From Candidatus Latescibacterota bacterium (GTDB taxonomy: Bacteria; Latescibacterota; UBA2968; UBA8231): a DNA stretch of 64,000 bases. The stretch covers positions 800,001 to 864,000 of the forward strand of contig CBDCSU010000004.1 in the NCBI GenBank assembly GCA_965221775.1. The letters are read 5' to 3'. This document shows, piece after piece, positions 47,709 through 57,522 of the stretch (position 1 is the stretch's first letter; each line of letters starts with the position of its first letter). The translations under genes and the position numbers were made by a program. Below the pieces are notes generated by a model. It made no database searches. It saw only the letters and a list, made by a program, of their open reading frames with translations, and was not told the origin of the DNA.

Positions 47709-49621
47709 GAAGACACCGTGGTGACCGAGCTCACCGCCCCGGCCCGTCCCATGGCGTTGACGGCGCGCGCCTCCAGGCGGTTCTCGCCGGCGTGCAAAGG
47801 CCAGGCGAAGGCGGCCTCGCGCGGCTCCCAGCCGCCGCCGTCGACGCGCACCTCGAAGCGCTCGAAGTTCGGACAGACGGCCTCCAGGTCGACGCGCAGG
47901 TCATCCCCGCCGCCGGCCTGCAGGTGGATGCGGGTGCGGTCCACGTCCCAGTAGAGGTCGGCCTCGCGGTCGGTGTGGCGGCTGAACCACGGCAGGGCCG
48001 GGGTCTTGTCGTCCTCCCAGAACAGGTAGCCGTCGTAGTGGTAGGAGCCGGCGCCGTGCTCGGGCTCGCCCGGGCCCAGGGTGGCGGGCTCGTCGTTGCG
48101 GCGGTTGATCATGAACCGCGTCCACAGGTGGATCCTGCTCTCCACCTTGAAGCGCTCGCCCGTGGCCTCCGGCGGCGGCGGGCTCACGCGGATGTCGTCG
48201 AGGTCCTCGTCGACCCAGGCCGTGTGCGCCTCCAGGGCGGTGAGAGGCACGCCGTGGCGCTCGAAGTGGTAGGTGAACTTGGTGGCGTCGTTGCTGTCGC
48301 CGCCGGGATCCATGGTCACCCACTTGCCGTAGTCGTTCGACCAGACCTCGGTGATGCAGTGGGAGCGCATGATCTGGGTGCGCGCCGTGAACCCGAGGGC
48401 GGCGCAGCACTGGGTGAAGACGGAGGCGTAGTGGGTGCACATGCCGAGGGCCAGCTGCTGGCCGGCCAGTTCGAGGATAACCAGGGCGTCCCAGGGCGGG
48501 CAGTAGTCCAGGCCGCCCATGTTCCAGCCGTCCTCCCACTGCTCGCGGACCCACTGGCGCAGGCGCGTGAAGGCCTCGAACTCGGTCTTGGCCGGGCCCA
48601 CCACCTGGTCGAGCTTCCAGCGCTCGCGCAGGACCTTGGCCCGGGGCTCGTCGGTACTCATGTAGGAGAACCGATGGGAGCTGTACGCCAGGGGGCGGTT
48701 GTCCGCCTCCACGACGCGGGCTGAAGCCTCGGCGCCCGCCTCCACCCGGGCCGACAGGCGGGCCCCGGTCAGGGTCGGGGTCACCGCGGGGTCGTCCGTC
48801 GACAGCAGCGCCCGCCACTGGAAGAACCGGGCCCCCTCCGGCACCGCGGCCTCCCCCTCCAGCGGCGCCCAGGCGCTCCAGCCTTCGGGCTCGTACGCCG
48901 GCGTCGGACCGGCCCGCCACTCGAGGCGGCGGCTCGTGCCCGCCGGCTCCTGCCCCTGCATCTCGACGCCCACGCCGAGGGCGGAGCCGTCCAAGGCGAT
49001 CGCCCCCTCCTCTACTCCGAGCAGGTCCACCGCCTCGGAGCAGACCTCGCCCGCGGTCATGTGCTGGTCGAGCCACAGGCGCACCACGTACTCGCCGTCG
49101 ACGCGGTCGTTCACGCCCAGCTCGTCGGGGCGCCAGGTGCGCCCGCCGTCGTCGCTGACCTCGCTGCGGTCGGGCTGCACGCTCTCTTCCACCAGCACCG
49201 TCCACTCGGCGTCGCCCACGGCGCGCAGCACGACCTCGTTCTCCCCCTCCCGCAGCCACGCCGGGTCGATCTCCACGGCGTGCCAGCGGTCGACCCAGTA
49301 CTCGCGCTTCTCCTGCCACACGAAGCGGGCGGAATGCCCGTTGACCAGCGCCTCCAGCTCGCCGCCGACCCGGTCGCACGAGAGATAGCCGATGAGTCTG
49401 GCGCCGGAAGCGGAGACCGGCCCGAGGACCAGACGCTTGCGGATCCACCGCCCCCCGGCGATGCGCTCCAGGTCGCGGTTGTTGCAGAGGGCCGCCTCGT
49501 CGGCCGCCATCACGCCGCGCCGCAACTGCAGGCCGCCGCCGCCGCGCACGACGTTGCGGCGGGTGCAGCGGTCGAGGGCCTCGGGGCCCTCCCATGCTCT
49601 CGAAGTCGTCGTCTCTGACAT
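47705..49621 (-). CDS. Transglutaminase-like domain protein
   Basis: GMCTHYA (Cys), HCITEVW (His), WVTMD (Asp) triad; large N-terminal beta region; no signal peptide. Confidence 0.82.
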   Translation of the reverse strand: MSETTTSRAWEGPEALDRCTRRNVVRGGGGLQLRRGVMAADEAALCNNRDLERIAGGRWIRKRLVLGPVSASGARLIGYLSCDRVGGELEALVNGHSARFVWQEKREYWVDRWHAVEIDPAWLREGENEVVLRAVGDAEWTVLVEESVQPDRSEVSDDGGRTWRPDELGVNDRVDGEYVVRLWLDQHMTAGEVCSEAVDLLGVEEGAIALDGSALGVGVEMQGQEPAGTSRRLEWRAGPTPAYEPEGWSAWAPLEGEAAVPEGARFFQWRALLSTDDPAVTPTLTGARLSARVEAGAEASARVVEADNRPLAYSSHRFSYMSTDEPRAKVLRERWKLDQVVGPAKTEFEAFTRLRQWVREQWEDGWNMGGLDYCPPWDALVILELAGQQLALGMCTHYASVFTQCCAALGFTARTQIMRSHCITEVWSNDYGKWVTMDPGGDSNDATKFTYHFERHGVPLTALEAHTAWVDEDLDDIRVSPPPPEATGERFKVESRIHLWTRFMINRRNDEPATLGPGEPEHGAGSYHYDGYLFWEDDKTPALPWFSRHTDREADLYWDVDRTRIHLQAGGGDDLRVDLEAVCPNFERFEVRVDGGGWEPREAAFAWPLHAGENRLEARAVNAMGRAGAVSSVTTVSS

Positions 49622-49635
49622 CCTGTCCTCCCCTT

Positions 49636-50988
49636 TCAGCGCACGAGCCGGCGGAAGGACTCCTCCACCAGCTCGCACTCGATCAGCTCGTCCAGCCGCT
49701 CGCGGCGCAGTCCGTCGGCGATGACGGCGAAGCTCCCGCGGACCGCCTCCTCGGTGCGGTGCAGGGCCTCGTCGTCGTCGTGAGCGGTGTTGAAGAAGAA
49801 CCCCTGCGACAGGATCACGCCGCGGCGGGCGTTCTCCTGCACGAAGAGGGTGGCCACCTTGGGCATCAGCTCGACGGGCACGTCGAAGCGGATCCCCGGG
49901 TGGGCGGAGACGCCCACGCACTTGGCCGGCGCCCCGGTCTCGGCGGCGGCGGCGTCGACGCGGCGGCGGAAGTCGCTGCCGAGGCGCTCGAAGAGGGCGG
50001 GCGCGTCGAGCCGCTCCAGCTCGCGCACCGTGGCCAGGGCGGCGGCGGTGCCCACGTTGTCGTCCCAGTAGGCGCTGGAGATGAACATGCGCGCCATCGG
50101 CTCCATCACCTCCCGGCGGCCGACGACGGCGGCCATGGGGTAGCCGTTGGAGATCGCCTTGGCGAAGACGGTCATGTCCGGGGTGACGCCCACCACCTCC
50201 TGCACGCCGCCGAGGGAGACCCGCCAGCCGCAGGAGACCTCGTCGAAGATGAGCACCACGCCGTGCTGATCGGCCAGCCGGCGGACGCCCTCCAGGTAGC
50301 CGGCCGGCGGCAGCTCGGTGCGCATCGGCTCCATGATGATGCAGGCCACCTCGTCGCCGTGGGTCTTCAGCAGGTCCTCGAGCTGATCGAGGTCGCCGTA
50401 GGCGAAGGGCACGGAGGAGCCCTCCAGGGCCCGGGGCACGCCGATCGGCTCGATGCCGTTGAAGAGGTGCCCGTCGAGGCGCTCGGAGCCGAGGTTGGCC
50501 GCCAGGTACCAGTCGTGCCAGCCGTGGTAGCCGCTGAAGAGGACCTTGTCGCGGCCGGTGACGCCGCGGGCGATGCGCACCGCCACGGTGCAGGCCTCGC
50601 CGCCGCCCTTGGCGTAGCGCACCATCTCCGCCGACGGCACCAGGCGCACCAGCATCTCGGCCAGCTCCACCGCCGACTCGTGGACGATGGAGTAGATGGA
50701 GCCGCGCTCGATCTGCTCCTTCACGGCGGCGTCGACCACGTCGTTGGCGTAGCCCAGCACGATCGGGCCCACGGCGCTGAACCAGTCGACGTACTCGTTG
50801 CCGTCCACGTCCCAGATGCGGCAGCCCTTGGCGCGCTCGGCGTAGATCGGGCTGACACCGAGGGCGGCCCTCGTGGGGCGGCGGCTGATCAACTGCGTGG
50901 CGCCGGGGATGAGACGGCGGGCGCGTTCGTAGATCTCGAGAGAGCGCGCCACCTGCGGCGGCGCTTCGACTGCAGAAGGGGTCGTCAT
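49636..50988 (-). CDS. Class III PLP aminotransferase (GSA-aminomutase-like)
   Basis: WDVDGNEYVD, GYHGWHD, LIFDEV, FAKAISNG. Confidence 0.92.
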   Translation of the reverse strand: MTTPSAVEAPPQVARSLEIYERARRLIPGATQLISRRPTRAALGVSPIYAERAKGCRIWDVDGNEYVDWFSAVGPIVLGYANDVVDAAVKEQIERGSIYSIVHESAVELAEMLVRLVPSAEMVRYAKGGGEACTVAVRIARGVTGRDKVLFSGYHGWHDWYLAANLGSERLDGHLFNGIEPIGVPRALEGSSVPFAYGDLDQLEDLLKTHGDEVACIIMEPMRTELPPAGYLEGVRRLADQHGVVLIFDEVSCGWRVSLGGVQEVVGVTPDMTVFAKAISNGYPMAAVVGRREVMEPMARMFISSAYWDDNVGTAAALATVRELERLDAPALFERLGSDFRRRVDAAAAETGAPAKCVGVSAHPGIRFDVPVELMPKVATLFVQENARRGVILSQGFFFNTAHDDDEALHRTEEAVRGSFAVIADGLRRERLDELIECELVEESFRRLVR

Positions 50989-52052
50989 ATCGAGTATCGC
51001 TCCAGCTTGTCCTCGTCCACTTCGACGCCGAAACCGGGACCGTCGGGCACGGCGATGCGGCCCTGCCGGAAGACCAGGGGCTCTGTGAGGACGTCGTCCA
51101 CCAGGCCGTGGTAGCAGGTGTCGCTGGGTCCGGAGAAGTTGGGCGTCGACGCGGCCAGGTGGGTGATGGCGATCGTCTTCAGCCCCAGGTCGTGGGAGCA
51201 GTGCATCAGGCAGGGGACGCCGAAGCCCTCGGCCACGCGCGCCACCTTCTGCACCGGCAGCAGGCCGCCGGCGGCGGGCGTGTCCGGCATCAGGTAGTCG
51301 CCGGCGCCGGAGGTGAGCAGGGGCACGGCGCTCTCCGGGCCGGTCACCCCCTGGTTGACGAGGATCTCCATGCCCGCCTCCTCCCGGCAGCGCACCAGGA
51401 CCTCGGCGTGGCCTCCGTCGCAGGGGTCCTCGAAGCGGTTCACCCCCACCGCCTTCATCCGCTGCATCACGTCGAAGGCGCCTTCGGGGCCATAGCCGCC
51501 GTTGGCGTCCGGCCGCAGCTCGGCCTCGTCACCGATCTCCTTCACCACCGCCTCGGCGATGGGCAGATCCTGGCCGGGGTCGTTGCCGGCCTTGGTCTTG
51601 AGGGAGGTGAAGCCCCAGCGGTCGACGTACTCGCGGGCCGTGGCCGCCGACTCCGAGGGCTCCTTGAGGCCCATGCAGGCGGTGAACTCGGCCTCCTCCC
51701 GCAGGCGCCCGCCGAGGAGGCTGCACACAGGCAGGCCGGCGCGCTTCCCCAGCAGGTCCCACAGGGCCATCTCGACGCCCGAAGCCGGCCCCGGGCCGGC
51801 ACCCGCCGATTTCAGCGCCGCCAGGGCCCCCTCCACGTCGTCGGCGCGCCGGCCCGCCAGCAGGTCGGCAAGGGCCGGCTCCAGGCTGGAGGTGCCCTCG
51901 CCCCAGCCGGTGAGTCCGTCGTCGCTGTCGACGCGCACGATCAGCCCCGTGGCTCCGAGGGTTCCGCCCCCTCCTCCCCTGCCGACGTACGGACCGACCG
52001 GCGCCTCGTAGGGGACGTGGACGGTCCAGCTCTTCACCTCACGAATCTTCAC
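50985..52052 (-). CDS. Enolase-superfamily enzyme (glucarate dehydratase-like ligand set)
   Basis: KTKAG (KxK), PDANG, FEDP, LVNQ (Asn third ligand), MPD and MH dyad. Confidence 0.85.
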   Translation of the reverse strand: MKIREVKSWTVHVPYEAPVGPYVGRGGGGGTLGATGLIVRVDSDDGLTGWGEGTSSLEPALADLLAGRRADDVEGALAALKSAGAGPGPASGVEMALWDLLGKRAGLPVCSLLGGRLREEAEFTACMGLKEPSESAATAREYVDRWGFTSLKTKAGNDPGQDLPIAEAVVKEIGDEAELRPDANGGYGPEGAFDVMQRMKAVGVNRFEDPCDGGHAEVLVRCREEAGMEILVNQGVTGPESAVPLLTSGAGDYLMPDTPAAGGLLPVQKVARVAEGFGVPCLMHCSHDLGLKTIAITHLAASTPNFSGPSDTCYHGLVDDVLTEPLVFRQGRIAVPDGPGFGVEVDEDKLERYSI

Positions 52053-52091
52053 GGTCGTCTCCTCGGCATGCGGCGAATCTCCGGCCTCGTC

Positions 52092-53174
52092 TCAATCGAT
52101 CGGGTCGTACTTCGGTTGCCTCGGCTCGCGGTCGCGGAGGAGGCGGTAGGGACTGCTTTCCAGAGGCAGCTCCACGCGGGCGCCGCCGCGCACGTGGGAC
52201 TCGATGAAGGCGAAGATCAGCTCCGTGTTGGTGCGCGACAGGCGCGCGCCTCCCCGGGGCGGCTCCCCCGTGTCGAGACCGTGGACGAGATCCTCGATGA
52301 GGCACACGGTCGAGCTCTTGCGCTGATACTCCGGGAAGGGGCTCCGCCCCAGCACCGGCCGCCCCCGGTGGTCCTTCCCCACCGGCTCGCGGATCTCCCA
52401 CTCCTCGCCGTTCTGCATGGCCGTGGCCACGCCGCCGCTGCATACCGCCTCGATCTCGGAGCCGCGGCCGCTGTTCAGCGCGTAGGCGGTGACTCCGTCC
52501 TCGAACTGCAGGATCCCGTGGCCGACGGGGTCCTCGGTCAGCCGGTCGCCGTCGAGGACGGCCTCGCCGTTGGACAGGTGGGCCTGCACCCCGGCCACGG
52601 GGCGGTCCGAGTGCAGGCGCAGGATCAGGTCGAAGCCGTGGCTGGCGCTGTTGAAGAGGGTGCCCGTCGAGTGCAGCACCAGCGACTGCAGCCGGCCGAT
52701 GCGGCCCCCGTCGATGACCTCCTTCATGCGGTCATACCCAGGGTCCCAGCGCCGGTTCGTGCCCATGTTGAGGATCACGCCGTGGGCCTCGCAGGCCTCG
52801 ACCATGGCGTCGGCATCGGCCATGGAGGCGGAGAACGCCTTCTCCGCGTAGATGGCGCGGACCCCGTGGGCGGCGGCGAAGACGACGATCTCGCAGCGAT
52901 GCTCGGGCTGCGTGGCGACGCTGAGGATCTCGGGCTTCTCGGCCTCGATCATCCGGCGGTAGTCGGTGTACTGGCGGTCGGCGGGGACGCCGTAGCGCTG
53001 TCCCACCTGCTCCATCACCTCCGGCCGCAGGTCGGAGCAGGCCACCATGTCGGTGCGCTCGCAGGCCTCGTACCCGGCGGCGTGGGAATACGGCCGCCGC
53101 GCGGGCGGCACCTCGTTGTCGATGAAGGCGCCCATGCGGCTGCAGCCGACGAGGGCGGCGCGGTAGCGTTGCAT
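52092..53174 (-). CDS. Gfo/Idh/MocA family oxidoreductase
   Basis: GCSRMG, AEKA, NRRW, SHGFD; same subfamily pattern as 12710-13822. Confidence 0.9.
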   Translation of the reverse strand: MQRYRAALVGCSRMGAFIDNEVPPARRPYSHAAGYEACERTDMVACSDLRPEVMEQVGQRYGVPADRQYTDYRRMIEAEKPEILSVATQPEHRCEIVVFAAAHGVRAIYAEKAFSASMADADAMVEACEAHGVILNMGTNRRWDPGYDRMKEVIDGGRIGRLQSLVLHSTGTLFNSASHGFDLILRLHSDRPVAGVQAHLSNGEAVLDGDRLTEDPVGHGILQFEDGVTAYALNSGRGSEIEAVCSGGVATAMQNGEEWEIREPVGKDHRGRPVLGRSPFPEYQRKSSTVCLIEDLVHGLDTGEPPRGGARLSRTNTELIFAFIESHVRGGARVELPLESSPYRLLRDREPRQPKYDPID

Positions 53175-53177
53175 TGC

Positions 53178-54692
53178 TCAGCTCCCGGGAGAGGTCGGCG
53201 CTTCGGAGTCGAAGAGGGACTCGTCGAAACGCCCCTCTTCGTCGAGGGGAAATACGCGGCGCCCCAGGTTCGTGAAGGTCACCGCCTGGGGGGAGTGAAC
53301 CGAGGACTCCCCCACGAGGTGCACGGCCCCGGCCCACGACTCGAAGCCGGCGCGGAAGTGGGCGGCGGACTTGACCCCCACGTAGCGCATGCTCCGCGGG
53401 TCCAGGCCGAGGGTGCGGGCGAAGGCGGTGTCGAAGGGCTGCTCGCGCTCGTTCACCAGCAGCACGTGCACGCCGTCCTGCTCGACGTGGGCGGAGGGTC
53501 CCATGCTCGCCTCCAGGCCGGCGAAGATCGGCCCGTCGTAGAGGAAGGAGCCGTCGCTCACGGCGATCACGCGGGCCTTCATCGGCACCGGCTCGCCCTG
53601 CAGAGGATGGGACTTGCCGCCCACCCGCAGGTCCAGAGTGCCGCCGGCGCCGGCGGCATGGCAGGCGGCCACCGACTCCGGGTCGACGATGTAGAGGACG
53701 CAGGCCTCGCGCAGGCCGGCCTCGACGAAGGCCCGCAGCATTCCCGTGCTGTCCCCCGGGGAGCCGCCGCCGGTGTTGTCGTCGCGGTCGGCGAGGACAG
53801 CCGGATAGCGGCCGTCGGCCTCGACCTGCCTCAGCACCTCCCGCGTCGAGCGGCGGGGCTCGTGCCAGTCGCGGCGCCGCTCCCAGATCCAGCCGCCCAG
53901 CTCGTCGGCGCAGGCCTGGGCCAGCGCCCCGTCGCCGTCGGTCACCACCGTCACCGAGGCACCCATGCAGGGCACGTCGGCCAGGGGAAAGCAGGTCGAC
54001 ACCGAGGCGCAGACCACCCCCGGCCGGGCCTCGATCCCGTGGAGCCGCTCGATCGTCTCCCGCATCGGCGGGTGGGCGGTGACCTGGTGCATCCCCCACA
54101 TCATCGGCACCGGGTGGAAAGCCATCGTGGGTCTCAGCCCGTCGCGGACGATGCGCACCAGCACGTCGGCGCACTCGCGGCCGCGCTCGGCCATGTCCAC
54201 CTCCGGGTAGCTCTCGCGGCCGATGAGCACGTCGGCGGCGGCCACCATCTCCGCCGACATGTTGGTGTGGATGTCGAGGGCGGCGACCACCGGCATGTCG
54301 GGGCCCACGACCTCGCGGACCCGGCTGAGGATGTGGCCGTCCGCGTCGTCGATGCCCTCGGCGGCCATGGAGCCGTGCAGCTCCAGAAGCACGCCGTCGA
54401 TCCCGCTGGCGGCGCGGATTCCGTCGAGCAGCTCGCCGAGGATCTCGTCGAAGAGGGGGCGCGGCGTGGGCGCGCTCGGATGGGGCTCGGCGTGGATCGT
54501 GGGGACCAGCTCGAAGCGGTGGGCCTCGGCCCCCTCGATGAAGCCGCCCATGGGGCTGTTGGTGCCGCGGAAGGTGCGGATCAGCTCGTCGCCGCGCAGG
54601 TAGCCGAAGCGGGCGTCGTAGTTGCCGCGCTCGGTGGGCACCGGCGTGAAGGTGCTCGACTCGTGGCTGATGGTGCCGGTGGCGACGCGCAT
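53178..54692 (-). CDS. M81 family metallopeptidase (MlrC-like)
   Basis: SHES, LELHGSM, LDIHTN, YPEVD, DNTGGG, VKSAAHFRA. Confidence 0.92.
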   Translation of the reverse strand: MRVATGTISHESSTFTPVPTERGNYDARFGYLRGDELIRTFRGTNSPMGGFIEGAEAHRFELVPTIHAEPHPSAPTPRPLFDEILGELLDGIRAASGIDGVLLELHGSMAAEGIDDADGHILSRVREVVGPDMPVVAALDIHTNMSAEMVAAADVLIGRESYPEVDMAERGRECADVLVRIVRDGLRPTMAFHPVPMMWGMHQVTAHPPMRETIERLHGIEARPGVVCASVSTCFPLADVPCMGASVTVVTDGDGALAQACADELGGWIWERRRDWHEPRRSTREVLRQVEADGRYPAVLADRDDNTGGGSPGDSTGMLRAFVEAGLREACVLYIVDPESVAACHAAGAGGTLDLRVGGKSHPLQGEPVPMKARVIAVSDGSFLYDGPIFAGLEASMGPSAHVEQDGVHVLLVNEREQPFDTAFARTLGLDPRSMRYVGVKSAAHFRAGFESWAGAVHLVGESSVHSPQAVTFTNLGRRVFPLDEEGRFDESLFDSEAPTSPGS

Positions 54693-54796
54693 GAGGGCCT
54701 TCGTGGGAACGGGTGCGGAGGCCGTAGTATAGGACCTTGGCAGGAGGCTGGGCGAGGGCTGCACCGGCGCCGCGGCTCTCGCCGCGACACCCGTCG

Positions 54797-55630
54797 TCAG
54801 CGCGGCAGGAGGTGCTTGATCCGCCCCCATCCCGCGGGGGACGCCTGGGTGTCCGTTGGCTCCAGGCCTACCAGCACCGCCGGCGCGAAACCGGTGGCGT
54901 CCTCCTGCAGACCCCTGGCCCCGCCAAGGGAACCATAGTAGATGACACTGTAGCAGTTGGAACGTCGATCGCCACTGTCGGCGGCGAGCACGGCCAGGGT
55001 GATGGTATCACCGATCCTCAGGTCGGAGCGTACGCTCTCCCCGGGGCCCGCATCGCTCACCACGTCGAACACGGTGAGCGACAACTCGACGCGCGTCACC
55101 TTCTCATCCGGGTCCAGAGCGGCCACTCCGTGGATGAACTCCGCCGTGTTCCGCCATTGGCCCACAGCTCCGGTGTAGCGGACCGAGAGACCGTCCTCGG
55201 CGAAGGGAAGCACCTCGACTCGCTGCGCCGTGGCGGCGTCCGAGGCGACCTCCTGTGACGTCACCTCGATCATGAACTCGAACTGGCCGTCGCGCCAGAT
55301 GTCGAAGGGTCGATCGGAGATCTCATGATCGATTCGCTCGAAGGCGACGAGCACGCGCTCCGGCGGCAGCACGGCCATCCAGATCTCGATCCAAAAAAGC
55401 TGCAGGCAGAACGCATAGTCGGATTCGGTGGGGTCACCCCATGTGTCGGCTACCGTCAGGATCGGCGGACCGATGGCCTGCCGCCAGTCCGCCAGGTCAC
55501 CGTCCAACTGGATGGCATCGGCGTCCGTCAGCACCGGGATCTCGAGCGGCGGCAGGACCGGAGGATCCCCGGCCGAGCAGATCCCTGGCAGCGCGGCGAA
55601 CAGGACGACGGCCGTCACGCTTCTCAGCAT
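54797..55630 (-). CDS. Secreted CBM9/DOMON-like protein with C-terminal WGRIK motif (paralog 2)
   Basis: Signal peptide, IQLDGDLADW, C-terminus PTDTQASPAGWGRIKHLLPR. Confidence 0.78.
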   Translation of the reverse strand: MLRSVTAVVLFAALPGICSAGDPPVLPPLEIPVLTDADAIQLDGDLADWRQAIGPPILTVADTWGDPTESDYAFCLQLFWIEIWMAVLPPERVLVAFERIDHEISDRPFDIWRDGQFEFMIEVTSQEVASDAATAQRVEVLPFAEDGLSVRYTGAVGQWRNTAEFIHGVAALDPDEKVTRVELSLTVFDVVSDAGPGESVRSDLRIGDTITLAVLAADSGDRRSNCYSVIYYGSLGGARGLQEDATGFAPAVLVGLEPTDTQASPAGWGRIKHLLPR

Positions 55631-55668
55631 GGGCGCCTCAGAGCGGCGTGTGGAACGCCAGCCGGAGA

Positions 55669-56505
55669 CTACCATCTCAAAACCCGCTTGAGCGAGCCCC
55701 ATCCCGAGGGCCGCACCGCCGTCGGAGGCGGCTCCACACCGGTCAGGATCGCAGTGCCGAAACCGCTGGCGTCCTTGCGCAAGTCCCTGGCGAGAGTGGC
55801 TGGATACGTGATGACCGCGACGCACGCGTCACAGGGATCGACATCGACGCCTATCACACCCAAGGTGATGACATCGCCTACCTTCAGGGCCGATCGAACG
55901 CTCTCCTGGAGCCCCATGTCGCTGACCACGTCGAACACGGTGAGCGACACCTCCCCGCGCGTCCCGATCTCACCATATGCCTTGGGCGGGTCCGAGTCGG
56001 TCACCCCGTGGATGAACTCCGTCGTGTTTCTCCACGCGCCCGCGGCTCCGGTGTAGCGGACCGAGAGGCCGCCCTCCGCAAAGGGCAGCACCTCGACTCG
56101 CTGCACCGTGGCCGCGTCCGAGGCGACCTCCTGCGGAGCCACCTCGACCATGAACTCGAACTGGCCGTCGCGCCACCCATCGAACACCCGATCGGAGATC
56201 TCCGTGTCCCGCCTCTCAAAGGCGAGGAGCAGGCGATCCGGCGGCAGCACGGCAATCCAGACTTCAAGCCGGTAATCCAACACGTCGCTCACGCCGTCGC
56301 CCTCGGTGACGTCCCCCCACATGTCGATCATCGCGAGCGTCGGCGGACCGATGACCTGCCGCCAGTCCGTCAGGTCACCGTCCACCTGGATGGCATGGGC
56401 GTCCGTCAGCACCGGGATCTCGAGCGGCGGCAGGACGGGGGCCTCCCCACCGAAGCACATGAGCGGAAACACGACAAGAAGAAGGATTGATGTTCGGGCC
56501 TTCAC
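55669..56505 (-). CDS. Secreted CBM9/DOMON-like protein with C-terminal WGSLK motif (paralog 1)
   Basis: Signal peptide, IQVDGDLTDW, C-terminus PTAVRPSGWGSLKRVLRW; long stretches near-identical to the neighbour. Confidence 0.78.
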   Translation of the reverse strand: MKARTSILLLVVFPLMCFGGEAPVLPPLEIPVLTDAHAIQVDGDLTDWRQVIGPPTLAMIDMWGDVTEGDGVSDVLDYRLEVWIAVLPPDRLLLAFERRDTEISDRVFDGWRDGQFEFMVEVAPQEVASDAATVQRVEVLPFAEGGLSVRYTGAAGAWRNTTEFIHGVTDSDPPKAYGEIGTRGEVSLTVFDVVSDMGLQESVRSALKVGDVITLGVIGVDVDPCDACVAVITYPATLARDLRKDASGFGTAILTGVEPPPTAVRPSGWGSLKRVLRW

Positions 56506-56742
56506 CAACAGTCTCCGCTCCCTGTTCGCGCATGGCTCCACTATGGAAGATCCGACTTGCACTTGAGTGTATCTCACCATCCGGCCCGCGTCTTGCGCCT
56601 GAGTGGCAGGGCAAGCCCCGCTCACCAGATCCCGTAAGATGTGCTGTGAAGGTAACAGTTGCCTGAACCGGCCTCCATGTGCCCAGGCCTTGGCGCATGC
56701 CATCGGTTGGCCCGCTCCGTGAGAGCGGCTACCATTGGCGCC

Positions 56743-57522
56743 GTGATCTTCGACGGCATCGACGACTTCCGCCGCCGGCTGCAATCCGGCGAGACCCTGG
56801 TGGGCACCACCCTGACCCTCACCGATCCCCAGGTCTGCGAGGCCCTGGCGGACATGGTCGACTTCCTGTGGATCGACCTGGAGCACTCCGCCATGGGGCC
56901 GGAGGCGATGCGCACCCACCTGATGGTGGCCCGGGGCCGCCGCCGCGCCGTCTTCGTGCGCGTGCAATCCTCCGACACCGCCTCGATCAAGCCGGTCCTC
57001 GACGCCGGCGCTCCCGGCATCGTCGTCCCCCAGGTCGCCTCCGCCGCTGAGGTCGAGGCCGTGGTCGCCGACTGCCGTTACCCGCCTGCCGGCCGCCGAG
57101 GCTTCGGCCCCCTCGTGGCCTCCGACTACGGCCGCCTGGGCGGTCCCGGCTACCCGGAGCTGGCGGACCGAAGCCTCTTCGTCTCGGTCATGATCGAGCG
57201 GGTCGAGGCGGTGGAGGCGATCGACGAGATCGTCGCCGTGCCCGGCCTCGACTCGGTGGTCCTCGGGCCGAACGACCTGTCCGGTTCGCTGGGCCTCCTC
57301 GGGCAGGTGGAGCACCCCGACGTGGTGGCCGCCATGGAGCGCGTCATCGCCGCGGCCACCGCCCGCGGTCTGCCGGTGGGCTCGGGCATGCCCGTCGACC
57401 TGGAGTACGCCGAGGTCCAGGCGCGGCGCGGCGTGCAGTGGCTGCAGATCGGCGGCGACCTCCCCCACATGATGCTCGCCGTGGACGACACGGTGAAGAC
57501 GGTCCGCCAGCGGCTGGCGTGA
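56743..57522 (+). CDS. HpcH/HpaI aldolase family (GarL-like)
   Basis: WIDLEHS, VRV, YPP.G.RG.G, MIE, GPNDLS; GTG start inferred. Confidence 0.92.
   Translation: MIFDGIDDFRRRLQSGETLVGTTLTLTDPQVCEALADMVDFLWIDLEHSAMGPEAMRTHLMVARGRRRAVFVRVQSSDTASIKPVLDAGAPGIVVPQVASAAEVEAVVADCRYPPAGRRGFGPLVASDYGRLGGPGYPELADRSLFVSVMIERVEAVEAIDEIVAVPGLDSVVLGPNDLSGSLGLLGQVEHPDVVAAMERVIAAATARGLPVGSGMPVDLEYAEVQARRGVQWLQIGGDLPHMMLAVDDTVKTVRQRLA

Noticed and set aside
49636-50988. hemL assignment
   Set aside because: No tetrapyrrole genes nearby, and the GYHGWHD pattern and catabolic context fit a GSA-like paralog
53178-54692. Microcystin degradation (mlr) cluster
   Set aside because: No mlrA, mlrB or mlrD; M81 peptidases are widespread with other substrates
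51108-54938. 1276-aa plus-strand ORF
   Set aside because: Antisense shadow of the minus-strand operon
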